Source of the DNA: Phoronis australis
Taxonomy: Eukaryota; Animalia; Phoronida
DNA length: 64,000 nucleotides
Assembly: GCA_002633005.1 (NCBI GenBank)
Contig: NMRA01000512.1
Coordinates: 4,540-68,539, forward strand
Direction: 5' to 3'
Shown: positions 26,127 through 37,408 of the stretch, piece by piece
Layout of the letters: each line of letters opens with the position of its first letter
How positions within the stretch are numbered: the stretch's first letter is position 1
Notes under the pieces: model-generated
What the model was told of the DNA's origin: nothing
The model's database searches: none
Seen by the model: only the letters and a program-made list of their open reading frames with translations
Program-made: the position numbers and the translations under genes

Positions 26127-26170
26127 AGCTTCCGAAGATGGCTGCTGTGAGTAGCCGAAACTGTCAAGGT
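26127..26170 (+). ncRNA. Penelope-associated minimal hammerhead ribozyme motif (variant core)
   Basis: CCGAAGA (canonical CUGANGA) - stem II GGCTGC/GTAGCC - GAAAC-TGTC cleavage triplet, at the PLE 3' end. Confidence 0.6.
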
Positions 26171-26274
26171 ACAGCGTTTTTGCTAGGTGGTGTCAGTAAC
26201 AGTTAATCTATGTGTTCTCTACCAACCTTAGGAAATTATTTAGTGATTTATAATTTCGTATCAGGTAAACCATA

Positions 26275-26414
26275 ATGGGAAAGATCGTCGCCATTTTCTA
26301 CGTGTCGGCCATTTTCTGCAGTCTCGCCATGGAAAGCGAAGCTAGAATATTGCGGAATAAGAGAGGCAGTCCTTTGGGCAAGAAGACTTTTGGAAAAGTC
26401 AAGAAAGACGCTTT
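26275..26414 (+). CDS. First coding exon of secreted Cys-rich prepropeptide (signal peptide + propeptide)
   Basis: Acceptor TTTCGTATCAG| at 26264. MGKIVAIFYVSAIFCSLAMESEA-RILRNKR-GSPLGKKTFGKVKKDA+TT|GTAAGT (phase 2). Hydrophobic signal and R-x-K-R furin site. Confidence 0.75.
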
Positions 26415-26996
26415 GTAAGTCCAAGAAGAGGCTAAAAGCCTAAACGGGCAAATGATGGTCCTGAGATTAATTTTTCCACTTCGTGAAGAATAATAGAAAC
26501 TTTATGTTCAATTTTTGATTTTCTGATTCTGCAACACAAGATGGCTTTCAAAATTGAACGACCGAGTGAACTCTCTAAAAAACAATAACAACCCAGTAAC
26601 TCGGCGAAAAAATATCCTATGCTGAAACGAGAAGAAGGCTTATATTTATAGATCTATTCGTAAAAACATGTGGTTTTTTAGTGTGTTTTCAGACACGGCG
26701 CCCTCGACTTATTTCCTGTTGTGCTCAACGATAGCACAAGTCTTCCGATTGAAAAGTCAGAACGATGTCGGCCATGTAACTACCTTAAGGTTCGGTGAGC
26801 CTAACAGTCGCTGAATATGTCGACTACCCGCCGTGTACGCAGAACAAATTCCATTCTTAAAAGTTATGAATAAGCCTGGAAAATTTGGTTACCATCCTAT
26901 CATCAGGTTTGAGAAATGGCTGATTGGAATTAGTAAACACAAGGATTATGCACCGTCCTCCAAAACTCTTTGAGAATGGTTTTGGACTGTTTCAAT

Positions 26997-29775
26997 GGGG
27001 CTATTCGGAGAATTCTCCTCGCGGTGTCGCTGCTGCACTAGTGGTGATTGAATTGCGCATGCGTGGCTGTATGCATGTAAACAACTGGTAAAAGATGGAA
27101 TTTTTATCAAAATACGTCGTCGCGCTAAGCCTTATTACTGCTGATTTCCCTGGTGCAAGTCTTCGACAGATGGCCACAAATTCCCAAAAGATCTAAGTTT
27201 ACTATATTCGTGGACAATTGCGGTCAACAGGGTTAACTAACTGACAAAAAGTGTGTGGATGCTGAAGCCCCGTGTGTTCTCTATGTCTATGACTATGCAG
27301 TTCCATTCGGAGACTACACAACATTACTTGGTAAGTTTTTAGCAATCAGTTTCTATCAACATCGTTCGGTGATGTTATCCCCATCAATTACCCCACTGAA
27401 TAACTGTTTTATTGAGTCGAACTAAGTGTTTCTTTTTGGAAACTCACCCGATGCCGGGTAGGCTAGGAGCACATATTCATATTGTCCTGAGTGGGAGTGC
27501 TCCCAAAATCAGAGGTGTATGGTACGTGACGCACGTCAAGTCAGAGTGACTTTTTCACAGCAGTTTCTCTTCAAAACTATGCTGTTTCTAATAAAATTCT
27601 CTAGATGAGTGAGTTTCCTTATTTTATCGTGGACCCCACCCCCAGGACCACCAGCTCAGTTATCGAATTAACATGAATAAGCCTTAAAGGAGAATGCCAC
27701 CCGATTTAATTTAGTCTTTTTTGCCGTCTTAATCGGTCTATATCCACATCGCCTCGCATACGGTAGACCTTGCCTTGTCAAGAGTTAACCTGTGAGGAAG
27801 GTGAGAAACGACACTAGCGACGTGAATGGTTCATATGCAGGGTGAATGCCGCTATGTTGCGTGGCATCGTTCCCGCTTGTCCGAACTAAGCAGCTGCGAG
27901 GAAAGCAGGTATATCGTTTTTTTACTTCCTCGAGAGTCCGAAATGCTTAAGAAGTTGCTCATAGTACTGAAGAATGAAATGTACGCTGTAAATAGCAAGT
28001 ATGAGGCCGTGAAACATCTCCGTGTCTGTGGAATGCAGACGTCGACAGTGGTTCAGTGACGAATGCCGACTTACCAAATAACTCCATGTTCCGTTGTCTG
28101 AGCTTGTTCACGGCGCCTCTCTAGTATTTCTTCATCACCGTATTCCTTTTCGAATTGATAGCCTGTAAAACTTAACGATCCACCCGCGAAGTCGGGACTG
28201 ATGAGCTCTAGCTCGTCCTGGAGGGATTGGCGACTCAAGAGTTGCCAGATGTTCGCGTTTAGCCTATTGAGCGTTCTGTTTCAAAATGCCTTCTCACAAA
28301 CAAAGTCTGTCTCATTAGATGCAATTTGCAATGCCTTTGGGGTGTTTGTGAGTGCAAATGATTTGAGAAGCCAGCAATGAATAAATCAATGCGTTACCGG
28401 CTTTAGGTGCAATAAAACTAATTGACGGGACACCGAGGCCGCGGGAGCTCATGCTAATTTAGTGTTTGCTGGCAGAAACTGTTGTGAAACAACTCGATTT
28501 CCATCCCACGGCTAGGTGTTAGAGGAATCTTTATTTACGTTTACATTACTCAAATAATGATTGTCAATGTACAACTTCTGCCCACACGGTGCTGTGGCCA
28601 AAGCGGAACCCGAGTGACTCGGAATTCGCGGCCCCTGACGAGTAAGGATTTGCAGTTTCGTGGCTAATTCACTAACATAATCACGTGCACATTACTTTGG
28701 CTCACTAGTATAGTATTTTCTTGACTCGAAGTTTAGTTTCCACTGAACTTTGGCTGGTTTATGTTCGTAATGTCTGATCAGTTTCCGAGCCACTGGCCGG
28801 GATAACAATGAAGTCAATCCTGCCGGCCGCGACGGGCTTGATCGGGCTCCGAGCCACTAGCCAGGATAACAAGCGTTTTGTGTTTAGAACTCAAAAAATC
28901 ATTAGTCTAAACAACACACATCTAGGTTCTCCTGTCTGTATCTCACGGAAAATACTTCGCCTGCCGAACTTTGTAGGCTACGGTGTGTCCAAATACCAAT
29001 AAATCCGTAAGAGCGAAATAAAACAACACGTTTTTATAAGAACTCGGTGTATTTTTAAGGGTTTACATCGAAGTTTGATGATTTATTGGTGTTAAACGAT
29101 GACTTCAAGCGATAACCTGACACCAGTAACCCGTGTTATGAACTGCTGAACAGACTGCGTGTGAAACCGATGACGTCATTGGATAATTTCAACACCTTCG
29201 TCTGCCGTCAGGTGTCAGGTAACGCAACCGTACGTGTCGTTATGAAGTAGAACTAATCGATCTGAATTGATAAAAATTAGGTTGTTTTTCGGGTGGCATG
29301 CTCCTTTAATCCATTAAATGTCCTAACATTGCATTGGAAAAAAATTGACACCTAGAATGAATTTTATTTGTTGAGATCAGAAGCACATTTTAAGTGTCAT
29401 GAAAAATACTCATTGTTAAATCACTTTTAGCCTGTTTCACATATTTTAATTCAGATATTAAATAAGACTTGGGTACAAAGGTTATTAGTTTCTACACATA
29501 AACATGAAGATGAAATGCCACGTATGTTCTGCCTTACAAAAGTAGTTTTGTCTTATCTTTTCTTTTACAATTTGCTAATATTTCCATTCTGTTACAGGCA
29601 AGAAAAAACAACTGAAACCAACCGCCTGACCATCTATTTGACCGTTGGACAAAGTGAAAAGCAATCCTTCAGCAATAACCTGAGANAGGGCTCGCGAAAT
29701 CGAGGCTGTTAATCTACTGTATCACCACTAGTACACGCGCGCCCTCTAGTTACTGCAGATTTCCCGAATAACCCC
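26997..29775 (+). mobile_element. ISL2EU-like THAP transposon in intron of the prepropeptide gene (interior lost at n 29686)
   Basis: AT|GGGGCTATTCGG ... CCGAATAACCCC|AT. Decayed THAP exon KPYYC*FPWCKSSTDGHKFPKD..W..VNR ending DYTTLLG|GTAAG at 27330. Second exon at 29598, G|KKKQLKPTA*PSI* (THAP LKxxAVPSIF motif). Confidence 0.7.
27688..29305 (+). mobile_element. Kolobok-like non-autonomous DNA transposon with THAP remnant
   Basis: TTAA|AGGAGAATGCCACCCG...CGGGTGGCATGCTCCT|TTAA. THAP-like remnant LPRESEMLKKLL...HLRVCG. Confidence 0.8.
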
Positions 29776-29980
29776 ATTAAGATTTGATTTAATGAAAAAG
29801 TGCGCTAACGCTGCATAATGTAAAAAAGCAAATTAAGACTCAGTGTCAGCGTTTCTGAAATTTTTCTCGAGTCCAAACACTTCTTCTGGAATTTTATTGA
29901 AAAAACAATCATGAAAACGCAGGATTTTCCCTTTTAAAGGTGTGTGGTATAAACCATTGATCACTTATTGTTCTTTGCAG

Positions 29981-30068
29981 TTCGTCATTGTGTCGTGACC
30001 CGTGTCTCCGTGATTGGGAACTGTGCGAAGCATGCATAGATATGGTCAACAGCATTGGCAAACGAGAA
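29981..30068 (+). CDS. Cys-rich exon of prepropeptide, copy 2 (SSLCRDPCLRDWELCEACIDMVNSIGKRE)
   Basis: TTGTTCTTTGCAG| acceptor and |GTAAGT donor. Its phase-2 start matches the phase-2 end of exon 26275-26414 (TT+T = Phe). Four Cys and a GKR amidation/cleavage site. Confidence 0.75.
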
Positions 30069-30417
30069 GTAAGTAGCGCCCTCGATCGGCAATTTCCAAC
30101 TCCCATTCCGTTAGCTCTCCTGTGTTTTCGCCCTTGATGAATTACAATGATCCATACCTGGAACCAGTCTGATTCAAACAGAATGAGCATCAGCAAATTT
30201 AAGTGCTTACGCGTTGTAGAATGTTATTCAAAGCTGCTAGCAGAATCAAGAATTTTCGCAAATGTTGCCTTAACGTGATTCCACACTATCTTATTTCTCG
30301 TTCGATGCCAAGCTGGGGAGGTGCCAGACGTGGACTCTATGATAACTGACAAAGTAAAGGTAAAAAACCTCCACAAAGGCTGACACTTTGAACAGGGTTG
30401 TTTTAAAATCATTCTAG

Positions 30418-30480
30418 CTGACGAATGCTCAGCTTCAGGATATCAAGCAGCGCGCCCTGGAGGAAGGCAAAAAGGTCTAA
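30418..30480 (+). CDS. Probable last coding exon of prepropeptide (C-terminal propeptide LTNAQLQDIKQRALEEGKKV*)
   Basis: CTGAC branch-like motif and TCATTCTAG| acceptor, phase 0, coding-like GC3-rich codons. Donor GTGAGT at 30512 and AATAAA at 30818. Confidence 0.5.
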   Translation: MTNAQLQDIKQRALEEGKKV

Positions 30481-31496
30481 CTGAGAAGTTTGAAGGAGCC
30501 GGGATCTTATGGTGAGTGGTGATTTATGAGTTCTGTAACTTAAACACATTATGTCACCTATATATTAATTTTGAAAAATAGCAAAGCCATCGTTAATGCA
30601 AAAACCTTAACCAGTTTTCAAATGACATTTTCTATCATGATACTTTTTGATAACCCGAAAGGTCAGTTTGACGTAAATTGCGTCTGAAGGCGCAGGCAAA
30701 CATAAATTACGGGTAGGACTGTGTTTGCCGACATCGGCTTAGCACGACCATAGCGAAAACTTTATCCAGTAATTAAAGGCTGTGTTCTAATACAAATGGG
30801 CCTTTTGGTCTGGTTTGAATAAAGAAATTCAAAACCTTTTGGTCGCAAGCTTGTCATTACTTTCACTGTTACCATAACTATAGTAGTTGTCGAGAAGCGA
30901 CACTAACGACACTAACGAAAAGTTTTAAGATCAGGCTGTAAATGTACAACGATCCTTATTATGATCTCCATTTAGTCCAGAGTTCAGCGAAAATTAATAA
31001 GAATTTCGCCCTTAGTTTAGGGCCATTACATGAAAAGATACCTATTTAGTCTAAGGTAGAGTTCATTCTCGCTTTAGATCAAAGCCAAATGTTGACGTAG
31101 TACTGAAACTAAAACAGTATAAGAAAGGACAGGAAGCGTTTCCACAAGTCTACAAATACATTACGCAAGTCAACTTAGTTGAGCCCCTATTTCGAACTAT
31201 TTCATGCAACCGGGCAATGGTCCCCGGTAACAGAGTTTAGCCACAGGGTATATTTTCGAAGCATTGTGGAGTTTATGTGGTGGGTAGGGCCTACTGCATT
31301 TGGATCGCGGGTTTGGTGTTCGACGGTCCGTTTTTACGGGGTTTAAGGGCACGAAACCGGATTTTAAAGGGTGGTGATTGAATTGATTTCCACCAATGTG
31401 TGCGTGCAGGTCGTGAGAACGGAATCCTGGGACATTTTTCATGCTTCTAGCCACCTGTTGACCTGATGCAAAATCTTCACCTACCTACCTTCTTAA

Positions 31497-33112
31497 AGGA
31501 GCATGCCATCCAAATAACAACCTAATTTGTATCAATTTAGATCGAGTAATTCTACTCCATAACGACACGTACGGTTGCTTTACCTGACGGCAGACGGAGG
31601 TGTTGAAATTATCCAATGACGTCATCGGTTTCACACACATTCTGTTCAGCATTTCACAACACGGGTAACTGGTGTCAGCTTAGCACTTGAAGTCATCGTT
31701 TAACACCAATAAATCATCAAATTTCGATGTAAAATCCTTAAAAATACACCGAGTTCTTATAAAAACGTGTTGTTTTATTTCGCTCTTACGAATTTATTGG
31801 TATTTGGACACAAAGTTCTAGGATACAAAGTTCGGCAGGCCAATAAGGTCCGTAGCAAGAGTTTAATGAGGTCTGTTCGGAGATAATTTCGAAGTATTTT
31901 CCGTGAGATACAGACAGGAGAACCTATCTCTGTGTTGTTTAGACTTGTGATTTTTGAGTTCTAAACACAAAACGCTTGTTATCCTGGTCAATGGCTCGGA
32001 GCTCGATCAGACATCACAAACATACATGTAAACCAGCCAAAGTTCAGTGGAAACTAAACTTCCAGTCAAAACATACTATACTAGTGAGCCAAAGTAATGT
32101 GCACGTGATTATGTTGGCGAATTAGCCACGAAGCTGCAAATCTACTTACTCGGAGGCCACAAATTCAGGTTAACGTTCCGCTTTGGCCACAGCACCGTCA
32201 GGGTAGAAGTTTTGTACATATCATTATTTGAGTAATGTAGATGTAAATAAAGATTCCCCTAACACCTGGCCGTGGGATGGAAATCGAGTTGTTTCACCAT
32301 AGTTTCTGCCAGCAAACACTAAATTAGCATAATCTCACACGCCATCGGTGTCCCGTCAATTAACTTGCACCTAAAGCCGGTAACGCAGTGATTTATTCAT
32401 TGCTGGCTTCTCAAATCATTTGCACTCACGAACACTAGCTCCAAAGGCATTACAAATTGCATCTAATGAGACAGACTTTGTTTCAGTTTTATATAAGTAT
32501 TGGTTAGGGTGAGAATAATTCATTTTGAAACAGAACGCTCAGTAATAAACGCCAACATGGCAACTCGCAATCCCGACTTAGGACGACCTAGAGCTCATCA
32601 GTCCCGACTTCGCATGTGGATCGTTAAGTTTTACAGGCTATCAATTCGAACAGGAATACAGTGATGAAGAAATACTAGAGAGGCGCCGTGAACAAGCTCA
32701 GACAACGGAACGAATGGAGTTATTTGGTAAGTCGGCATTCGTCAGGCACTGTCGACGTCTGCAGGCCACAGAGATGTTTCACGGCCTCATACTTGCTACT
32801 TACAGCGTACATTTCATTCTTCACTACCATGAGCCACTTCCTAAGCATTTCGGACTCTCTAGAAAGCAAAAAAAAACGATATACGCGCTTTCCTCGCAGC
32901 TGCTTAGTTCGGACAAGCGGGTAGGATGCGCCGCAACATAGCGGCATTCACTCTGCACATGAACCACTGACGTCGCTAGCGTCGTTTCTCACCTTCTTCA
33001 CAGGTTAACGCGACCCCTCTTGGCAAGGTAAGGTCGACCGTATGCGAGGCGATGTGGATATAGACCGATTAAGACGGCAAAATAAACTAATTAAATCGGG
33101 TGGCATTCTCTT
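31497..33112 (-). mobile_element. Kolobok-like TTAA element, second copy (opposite orientation)
   Basis: TTAA|AGGAGCATGCCA...TGGCATTCTCTT|TTAA. THAP remnant on minus strand (32720-32947 ORF). Confidence 0.8.
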
Positions 33113-35812
33113 TTAAAGATGCTATGTCTCATTAAACCGTGAAAATTCAAGTTTGCATCAAGCTCCACCTAGTGACTTGCTGGAAAACTGCATGTTAGTG
33201 ACTTGCTAGAAAACTGCATGTGCAAGAATAATCAGGAAAGTTTGTATATAAATTGCGGTTTTAAAGAAAACAATACAACTGATACACCTAAAAACACATG
33301 AAAAGCTAATTATTTCAAATAGTACTCAATTGATAACTAATAGTGAAATAAAGAAATAATAAAATCTGTGCCATGTTTCAATAAGATAACAGTTAAATAT
33401 TACCACAATTAGGAGACTTTCGCGATATTGTAATGGTAACTGGTTCTCAGATGGTTTCCGACACACCGGAAGACCCGGAGTTGTTTGTAAACTAGTATTT
33501 CATTCGCATATTCACAATTTAATGAGACACAGCATTTTAACACGAGACTGTTGGCGATCGGGCGTGAGTGGTCGCCTGGGAGCACTTTGCGATGACCGAA
33601 GACGGCATACCCAAAAGTTGCTTATATGCTGCGCCTATGTTGAAAGCGGGCTCCCTTTTTGTAGGTGTTGCAGAGAGACTATGGCTTGAGACTTAAGTTT
33701 CGAAATGTCATTTTTAAATGACTTGTGAAAGTCTTTCAGTCATGCGAAAAAGGAATAGTTACATTCTGTAGAGTCGTCGGAAACCATCATCCTGTGTTAT
33801 TGCAGAGAAGGCGATTCGTCACGCTGGAAGCGAATTGATCGTTTCTCTGTGGGATGCTTCAGTTGTAACTGAGTTTTAACAAATGTGCAGGTGCGTTCCT
33901 GCTGCCGTTTCCAAAACGGCACCATGGAATACTCATGCATGTCAAAGTCAGTGTCGCTATCATGGTTGATATCATCAAGACGTTTGCTACCGCGTTGTTG
34001 GGTGTTCTTAAGGGACGTTTTTGTTGGCGGAGTTCGACTGATTGACCGGCTCCCATTTTGACCTTTGGTTTTGCTAAAATACTCAGTGTTCAGTGGTTGG
34101 TTTCGGTCTAAGGTGCGTGTTCGTATCCACGCAGTGTTTGGCGAAATGACCCACTTGTCGTAGTCACAAATCGTGCATGTGAAGAGTCGCAACGAGCAGT
34201 TGAACCACTAGACTTATGACACCTTAATTAATGTTTTGAACAGTTCCGTATCAAAAATCCCTCAATATTGATCGCATCGTACGCCGTTAAGATGTTGTTG
34301 GGTGAGGAACTAGGCCTCTACTCATCCATTATTACTCAACCTAATCACACATCAAATACCTCTGTGCGCGCGATGACACTTGATCCCCAACAAAAGCAGT
34401 TAACCGGCACATTCCAGTTTTCTGTTATCTGTGCTCTAAGCGCGCAAAATATCCGATTTGATTTTGTTCATTTGCGACTGCGCAGAGAAACGTGACATCT
34501 TCATCCATCCGGCTACAAACAAGGAACTTGTAAAGTGATCATCATCAAGCGAGGAGTCGTCCTTAACGCTATGCTCTAATATCTGTTTAATTTCAGCGGA
34601 TACGAAAAACGCAGAACAAGTGACCTTTCACCACAGCATGAGAGCATCGGGGCGCACTAGTAAGCAGACGTCAATAGAAGTTCACAGTGCCAGTCTCAAG
34701 GAATCCTCTTTCCTTCGCCCATAAAAACTCGATCCATTTAATTTGGAAGCTCGGAATATCTAGTTGTACGGATTGAAATCCAAGCGGTTCTAATAAACTT
34801 TCAAACTTGTTTCACACTTTTCAATGAAAACTGGTTTTATGATCGACATATGTCCCGAAAAATAGATAAATGATACGTGCGTCGCAAGCTCGTTACCAGA
34901 GATGAAAGGAGATTGATGTAGGAGATATGAGGTCATTTATTATGACTAGTGCAATTACAATAAAATGAATACAGGTAAATAAGTATAACAGATAATCTCT
35001 GGTAAGATGGGCAATAAAAAGCGCCACAGAGATGTTGTAAGACAGCTCATGCCCATCGTGGTTATCTTATTTTCAAACAGAACGTTACACACAAGTGGCT
35101 TACATGTACCTATGTGTCTTTTAAGTGCTATGGGGTCTCTTCAGAAAAAATATCAAATCATTAAAATATGATCTATGTCTGATGTGACGCTGGCACACGG
35201 TGATGTTATAACGTGCGACTTGGATATGATTAAGAAACTATTATTTCGATAGAACGCAATGATTTTGTACTTGTTTTGTGAACTTCCAAAATATAGGGTT
35301 TGCCATCAGAATGCAACACCCAGTTTCCACATAGGTCCATGTCACCAGTGTCCCGTTTCATGACACTTTTTCTGTAGTAAATTAGACCGAAATCAGACTA
35401 ATGTGAATCCAAAATCTGTTCGCATTGTTTGAAGAAATTTCTTTTAAATCCAAAATTATGACCTAAATCGATCTAAGCAAACACCGAAAGTTACCATGGC
35501 TACGGGGTAGACTCGAGATTGGACTTTTGGTCTGAATCACCAACATTTACGACTCTCATCATCTTAAACTGCTGAGGAACAAATTTTGTCGATATTTCCA
35601 TAATCTAATGTCGCTATAATCAATGTCAAATTGAAGGTCACAGACATAAAGTTCCACGTTAAAGGCTCTCAACACTTTGTTCAATGCAATGAATATAGTT
35701 GCAGCAGTAGCTAATTTCGCTCCATTACCTCACAAAACCACTATTACGTTGCCACTGTATGATCTCGGAACAGCTTCTACAGATGTGCCACACATGTTGA
35801 ACACACCACGCA

Positions 35813-35924
35813 ACAAGGAGTCTAGACACTACAAGGAGTCTAGACACTACAAGGAGTCTAGACACTACAAGGAGTCTAGACACTACAAGGAGTCTAGACA
35901 CTACAAGGAGTCCAGACACTACAA
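35813..35924. repeat. 18-bp minisatellite x6
   Basis: Read directly; counterpart of 5801-5930. Confidence 0.95.
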
Positions 35925-37335
35925 ACTTAACCATTGCTTTTTGTTATTTCAATAATTGTACCTGTAATCTGAGAAAGTTGAACGCAAGCAAGCCGACTAT
36001 TAATATTACTTTATATGAATTACCATGTTGAAAGGGGGTAAACAACTTTGCAGATGCAACACATGTTTGTGATTGACAGCAGAAAACCTCGTTTTGACCA
36101 AGGCCATGTATCGTTGTGATTCAGGCCTAAGACGCCTAGGACAAAAATCGATGTTGCTCGCAACAAAAACTGCGCGACATAAAGAATAATACTGGAATAC
36201 TTTATGAAGTAGCCTATGTTGTGAAACAAAGACTGTTTTGCTCCTTTTTGGCATCTTGTGACGAATCCCCTTAATTTGTAATGTATTGCCCCGCCTTAAG
36301 GCCCATAGGCCTATATTTGAAATAATTCCTTTCCCGCAGCCTTTTTTACCCAAGTGATTCACATGTTGGCGCATGCGATGTTCCCTGATAGACTCATTCA
36401 TTAATTCGCATAGAGGAGCACACGCTTTGTTTTTAAAAATGGATTTGCTTTACATGAACATTTTACCGTATCGCCGTGCTTTAGGCCCATGGGCCTTTAT
36501 CCGAAATAATGTTTTTGCGGCCTTTTTACCGAAGTGGTACACATACTGGCCCATACGCCTACGTTTCGCATATAAGCGCAGTTCTGCACAGACGACTGTG
36601 GGCCTTATAGCGTGGCTATACTGTAAACTTTTTTATAAATTATTGTTAGCTTAGTTACGTGCTGTGCAAATTATATGAAGATTAAAGAAGGTGTACAAAT
36701 TGTTAGATTCTTAATTGGTGTGCAAACTATTGGAGAAAACGTTCACACAGGACATCCGTAAAACAAAATATAATACATGAAAGCGTAATTGGACAACATA
36801 AATTTAACGATTTGTCTTAAGGAGTTCATTTATTTACATCAAATTTTCAAGTGATTTTTGCTTCAAAAACGTTGAGTCAATGACAAATACAGGTAACATC
36901 GATCGTGACAAAACTGAGCACACATGGAATTTAAGTAGATATTTTATGACAAATATGTCTGACAATTATTCAGTTTACAACCAAACAAAAACTGGCTGAC
37001 TTCAAAGATGCTACAGCAATTTCCGCAAGTTAATTCAGCGTCTGTCCGGTGGTTGACGAATGTGCTGAAAACTGATTTATCGATTCATGACGAAAGACTT
37101 GTCGATGACTCGTAACAAAGGTCAGTCGGGCCAATACTGTAGGTTGCTTTATGTAACTGATCAACAAGTGTTTTGCTTCATTGATTTCGTTAAGTGCTTA
37201 AAATAAAACACTTTCCGTCCAAAAAACTTTCCCAGGTGGCTGTCGATTTAGCCTCAAATTCGTTTTTGTGATGTTTTTGTATAAAATGCCGTGCGAAATA
37301 ACCCCATTTGCATAACACCGATCAGGTCTTGAAAG

Positions 37336-37408
37336 ATGGCGAACTGCAAGCTCTTGCACGCGAGTTTGTTGTTGTTGGCGAACTTTGTTGTACGTGGGGA
37401 TGCAAAAT
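37336..37408 (+). CDS. Exon 1 (signal peptide) of small secreted C-type-lectin-like protein
   Basis: TATAAAA at 37280. MANCKLLHASLLLLANFVVRGDAK+T|GTAAGT (phase 1). Two synonymous differences and one non-synonymous difference vs copy at 7343. Confidence 0.7.

Larger units (their letters stand above)
23979..26248 (+). mobile_element. Decayed Penelope-like retroelement fragment (RT + GIY-YIG), rearranged and interrupted by a MITE
   Basis: MDSPVFPVVANIYME...WKRCVDD (RT motifs) and VVIPYIEGLSE...VYRIPCLNCESVYIGETGREFSVRLNEH (GIY-YIG), with frameshifts and stops. Inverted piece RKPTRTDQYLHFNSHHP at 23979-24101. 3' end resumes after 26117. Confidence 0.9.

Noticed and set aside
28587-28640. tRNA-like start GGTGCTGTGGCCAAAGCGG
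   Set aside because: No cloverleaf or T-arm can be completed; it lies inside the Kolobok-like repeat and varies among copies.
29598-29685. Exon QEKTTETNRLTIYLTVGQ... as a normal exon of the peptide gene (phase-compatible)
   Set aside because: In the phase-1 frame it reads GKKKQLKPTA*PSI*, the THAP C-terminal motif, and it lies between the TIRs of the ISL2EU-like element. It is the transposon's second exon.
30313-30359. Extra exon (A)GEVPDVDSMITDKVK in the peptide gene
   Set aside because: Needs a phase-1 upstream partner, but the preceding exon ends in phase 0 and no open bridging exon was found. Left out pending RNA data.
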